Of a stretch of 64,000 bases of DNA, positions 60,777 to 64,000 are shown piece after piece; position 1 is the first letter of the stretch; each line of letters opens with the position of its first letter. The DNA is from Promethearchaeota archaeon (lineage in GTDB: Archaea > Asgardarchaeota > Heimdallarchaeia > Hodarchaeales > Hodarchaeaceae): contig JBHLMN010000004.1 in the NCBI GenBank assembly GCA_048938105.1, forward strand, positions 96,001 to 160,000, given 5' to 3'. The position numbers were made by a program, and so were the translations under genes. Under the pieces are notes generated by a model. The model was not told the origin of the DNA and made no database searches. It saw nothing but the letters and a program-made list of their open reading frames with translations.

Positions 60777-61531
60777 ACTTTCAAATCTTTTTATCCCAAT
60801 TTAAAAATGATTTATGGAATGAAAGGTTAAAATTTTTGATATTATCTTTATTGTTTACCTTCCAGGTTCTGTCAAGTATTATTTCAATATTTTACCTTGA
60901 AGAACTACTTACGTTATTTGGGATGGATTTTGTTAATCCTACTCCCCCATCAGGAGCAGCAGCTTTTCTCGATTACTTTGCTGATCAATTCTTTTTTGGT
61001 ATTCTGATAGTTTCTCTTGGAACAATGAATGTATTCGCAAGTGAAATTGAAGCTGGATCGATTAGTTTTTCACTCACTCGTCCAATCAGTCGAGCTGAAT
61101 ATACTTGTTCCAGACTTACTGCTCGATTGATAGGACTTATATTACCATTTCTTATTGCAACACTCATAGGTTGGATTTATATGGGTCTATTTTTCGAATC
61201 ATTTCCGTTATACACTTTATTATTCACTTTAATTCCTTTTATTTTGTTATTCATATATATTGGTGTTTTAACAAGTGTTCTGAGTTCTCGGACATCATCA
61301 TTAACAGCAGGATTAGGTACAATTGCAATAATTATTGTACAATTTACAATATCAGCATTTAAGCCGATTGAATTACTCTCTCCATTCACTCTTGCCTCTT
61401 TTTGGACTGAAATACTATCATCATCAGTATCTTTTGACTTGGATCATTTTTTGAAACTAGTTTGCTTGATTATCTGGTCTTCTATTCTCCTTATTCTCAC
61501 GATATATTCAATGAAAACTAGAGATCTTTAA
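60773..61531 (+). CDS. ABC-2 permease
   Basis: EIEAGSISFSLTRPISR motif; 6 TMs; GTGA overlap with the ATPase gene. Confidence 0.85.
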   Translation: MNFQIFLSQFKNDLWNERLKFLILSLLFTFQVLSSIISIFYLEELLTLFGMDFVNPTPPSGAAAFLDYFADQFFFGILIVSLGTMNVFASEIEAGSISFSLTRPISRAEYTCSRLTARLIGLILPFLIATLIGWIYMGLFFESFPLYTLLFTLIPFILLFIYIGVLTSVLSSRTSSLTAGLGTIAIIIVQFTISAFKPIELLSPFTLASFWTEILSSSVSFDLDHFLKLVCLIIWSSILLILTIYSMKTRDL

Positions 61532-61578
61532 AAAATCACTTAATGATGTAGATTCCATAAAAAACTTAACTAGAATCT

Positions 61579-62334
61579 CTAACGAAAGTTGGAACTTCCC
61601 CCTTTTTTCCTACCCAGTGTGATTGGAATCTCTCTTCCTGTTGACATATAGAGGTATATGATAGACAACATAAGACTGATCAAAAGAAGTATCCATCCTA
61701 ATAAAAGGTTTAAGGGAGAAATATCAATGAAGAGTGCACCAGGAGTCAATAAAATCAAACTAAAAATATTGCTTGCGATAATTGAAGCAAGTATTTCACG
61801 GTTTTTCGGCACAAAAAAGATCCAGATGAAATTATTAATTAGAAGAATGGTCCAAGGAGTCCTTGTTCGAAAAATTATCAAAATTATAGAACAAATGGCT
61901 ATTAAGATGCATATTATTCCTAAAGGGAATAGAAGTGATTGCAGAAAAAAAAAGCCTAAAACAAAAAAAAAGGTCCACCAAGCACCAAGGAGGATTTCAG
62001 TAGGATTCAATCTCGAAAAGCCTAGGTAGATTTCTGAAAAGATTGAGGATTTTGATTCTGTTGCTAGATCAAGTAAGAGAGCTGATCTCCTTCCTAGTGG
62101 TGTAAGCAGATATTTCCCTTCAAGATCTTTCTTAATTAAATGTGCTTTAGATAATAATGAGAGATGATAAGCGACATTAGATGAGGCTGGGAGGTTTAAT
62201 CTTTCAAGAAAGTCAGAATAAGGAGTAGTTTGTTTTTTATGCAATATTCGGATAATTTCTCGACGAATTTCATGGTTCAATGCTTTGAGAACTTCAGTAA
62301 TGTCGCTCTCAGATTCAGAATCCATTGTTGTCAT
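61579..62334 (-). CDS. Membrane-anchored ArsR-like wHTH regulator
   Basis: LKALNHEIRREII...SSNVAYHLSLL...YLLTPLG followed by about 5 TMs. Confidence 0.75.
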   Translation of the reverse strand: MTTMDSESESDITEVLKALNHEIRREIIRILHKKQTTPYSDFLERLNLPASSNVAYHLSLLSKAHLIKKDLEGKYLLTPLGRRSALLLDLATESKSSIFSEIYLGFSRLNPTEILLGAWWTFFFVLGFFFLQSLLFPLGIICILIAICSIILIIFRTRTPWTILLINNFIWIFFVPKNREILASIIASNIFSLILLTPGALFIDISPLNLLLGWILLLISLMLSIIYLYMSTGREIPITLGRKKGGSSNFR

Positions 62335-62422
62335 CCCAATATAATTCTGGCTTTTAATCGTTTATGTTTGTTAGTATTCCTCTACCAAGCTCATAAGATT
62401 GTCCAATTAATGATTTGACTTC

Positions 62423-62887
62423 TTAATTTAATCCTAGACCTTCTTCTGGTAACCACTCTGGCCAACCAACTATCCATTCAGGTATAAAGGCTTCTTTTAC
62501 GCGATCACAAACAGGGAAATAGGCCTTTAAGTCTAAAACTGGAGTTTCATCTAATGCATCGATGTTTTGAATTTTAACATTGCCTTCCTCATGGTTTACC
62601 TCTAAAATTTTCGCTGTTGTTAATGCGATCGGATTAGGTCGATATTCCGCACGGGTAGCAAAGACACCAGTTTTTGGGGGATTTTCTCCATAAGGGGGTA
62701 CACAATCTAACCTATTGCGGTGTTCTTCGTTATCGACTTTATTTGCCCACCAAAGTACCTGGACATGGCTGAAATGTTGCAGTTGTTTAAGAGCAGGTAT
62801 AAATTTCTTTATAATTTCGATATGAATATCTTCGTTTATCCTTTTAATATAACCAATGGGAAAAATAGTGAATGTTGGATTGTCCAT
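62423..62887 (-). CDS. trmO: TrmO/TsaA-family SAM-binding protein (tRNA m6t6A methyltransferase-like)
   Basis: PIGYI, GVFATRAEYRPNPIALT, IDALDETPVLDLKAY. Confidence 0.7.
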   Translation of the reverse strand: MDNPTFTIFPIGYIKRINEDIHIEIIKKFIPALKQLQHFSHVQVLWWANKVDNEEHRNRLDCVPPYGENPPKTGVFATRAEYRPNPIALTTAKILEVNHEEGNVKIQNIDALDETPVLDLKAYFPVCDRVKEAFIPEWIVGWPEWLPEEGLGLN

Positions 62888-63152
62888 AATGTTATTCTCC
62901 TTATTTTATTATTGAAGTTAGTATTTTCCTATTAAAAATTGCTGGAAAGTGACAAATAAATACACATAAATAGGTAATTACAGGTGTAATTCATCTATAA
63001 TTAAAAGTAATGAATCTGGCATGAATGGTGAAATTTGACGATTAAGATACAATGATTTTCAATAACTGTATAAGAAGTTGAAACGTGTAATCAGGAGTTC
63101 TATTTCTTGCCAAAAAGTTTACTCGTCCACTAGAAATTTGGAGATATTATAA

Positions 63153-64000
63153 ATGGAAAGTAAAAAACTAATATATTCAGGCATCATGGTAATAGGTTTA
63201 TTTCTTACATCCTTTTCTCTTCTAAACACAGTTCATCATGAAACTCTGATAAATGAAAATTCACATCTAAAGGTATCCCAGTCCAGTGTTAATTTCATAC
63301 AAAATGGTGATTTTGAATCAGGAACTAACGATAGCTGGACTGCAAATCTAACTCGCCCTACCATAGCTTATTCTTACGGAGTTAAAGATACTTATCCACA
63401 TGCTGGAACTTATTCTTATCATATCTATGGATTTAGTGATTCAAGGACTGGGGAATTACGAGGATTTATACTGGAAGTCAGCCAAAATATAACTTTAACT
63501 AATCCTCCTGACTTTAATATTAGTGGATATATGTATGTAAATCAATGCTATAGTGCCGAATACGGTGCATGGGCATGCATCTTTATTAAATATTATAATA
63601 ACGAGAACAATATACTTGGAAGGATAAATTACCGATTTGCTAGTGTATATGAGGATAGAATCCTTCCATGGGTCTCAGGTTCTGTTATTCCTTTGTATAA
63701 TAAGTTGAAAACCTGGTTGGAGTTTAACCGGAATATTTCATACGATTTTATTAATATTATTGGTGGTGACCCACAAGAAGTCACACAAATAGAACTGGGT
63801 TTTTTTGTCTACGCAGCTGATGGTTCACAATCAGGAGCAGGCGATATTGGTTATTGTGAGGTCTATTTCGATGATTGGGTTATTGAATATGTTCCCGCTC
63901 CTAGTGAGGAATGGATAAATCCATTTTCAATCTCTAGTTCAGCTGATGGTAATACAAGGTTTGTAATTACACCAGATATAGATGGAGATGGTATGGAAGA
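63153..64000 (+). CDS. Secreted protein (partial) with a CBM-like jelly-roll domain and the start of an FG-GAP-like repeat
   Basis: Manual translation: signal MESKKLIYSGIMVIGLFL, then IQNGDFESG...VYFDD, then DIDGDG. Open to the window end. Confidence 0.65.
   Translation, partial: MESKKLIYSGIMVIGLFLTSFSLLNTVHHETLINENSHLKVSQSSVNFIQNGDFESGTNDSWTANLTRPTIAYSYGVKDTYPHAGTYSYHIYGFSDSRTGELRGFILEVSQNITLTNPPDFNISGYMYVNQCYSAEYGAWACIFIKYYNNENNILGRINYRFASVYEDRILPWVSGSVIPLYNKLKTWLEFNRNISYDFINIIGGDPQEVTQIELGFFVYAADGSQSGAGDIGYCEVYFDDWVIEYVPAPSEEWINPFSISSSADGNTRFVITPDIDGDGME

Noticed and set aside
1-64000. tRNA, rRNA, CRISPR arrays and IS elements
   Set aside because: None recognised by eye; tRNAscan-SE, Infernal and ISEScan would be needed to exclude them.

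Overview
AT-rich archaeal chromosomal segment, most likely from an Asgard archaeon (Heimdallarchaeia/Hodarchaeales-like). This is inferred from an archaeal-type RadA, TATA-box promoters, longin/roadblock/V4R-type proteins and S/T-rich membrane-anchored surface proteins. The flanks (0-15 kb and 38-64 kb) carry ordinary accessory genes: a flippase fusion, an arylsulfotransferase, a GNAT, a probable ATPase plus PLD-like defence pair, several ABC exporters with wHTH regulators, a GT2, hydrolases and a TrmO-like protein. The centre (about 15.5-37.6 kb) is a compact cluster that may be an undescribed co-regulated DNA-exchange or recombination system. It encodes a divergent RadA paralog, an XPD/Rad3 Fe-S helicase, a TPR-fused Hrq1/MrfA (DUF1998) helicase, three apparent pseudo-enzymes (VirB4/HerA-like ATPase, Hef/FANCM-like helicase, M50-like membrane peptidase), a PD-(D/E)xK-like protein, a longin-V4R protein, a 1604-aa Ig-like surface protein and a YdjM-like hydrolase. 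Most of its transcription units share a distinctive promoter motif (about GATTTTGAGTATAAAAAGG). It is bracketed by a 19/20-bp direct repeat lying between a GbsR-type regulator and a divergent ABC operon. RadA and the Hrq1-like helicase are each interrupted by a single in-frame stop (TAG and TGA) with no frameshift. Several genes appear to need ATA or CTG start codons. No rRNA, tRNA, CRISPR array, integrase or transposase was recognised. All family calls come from motif recognition by eye, not from database searches.
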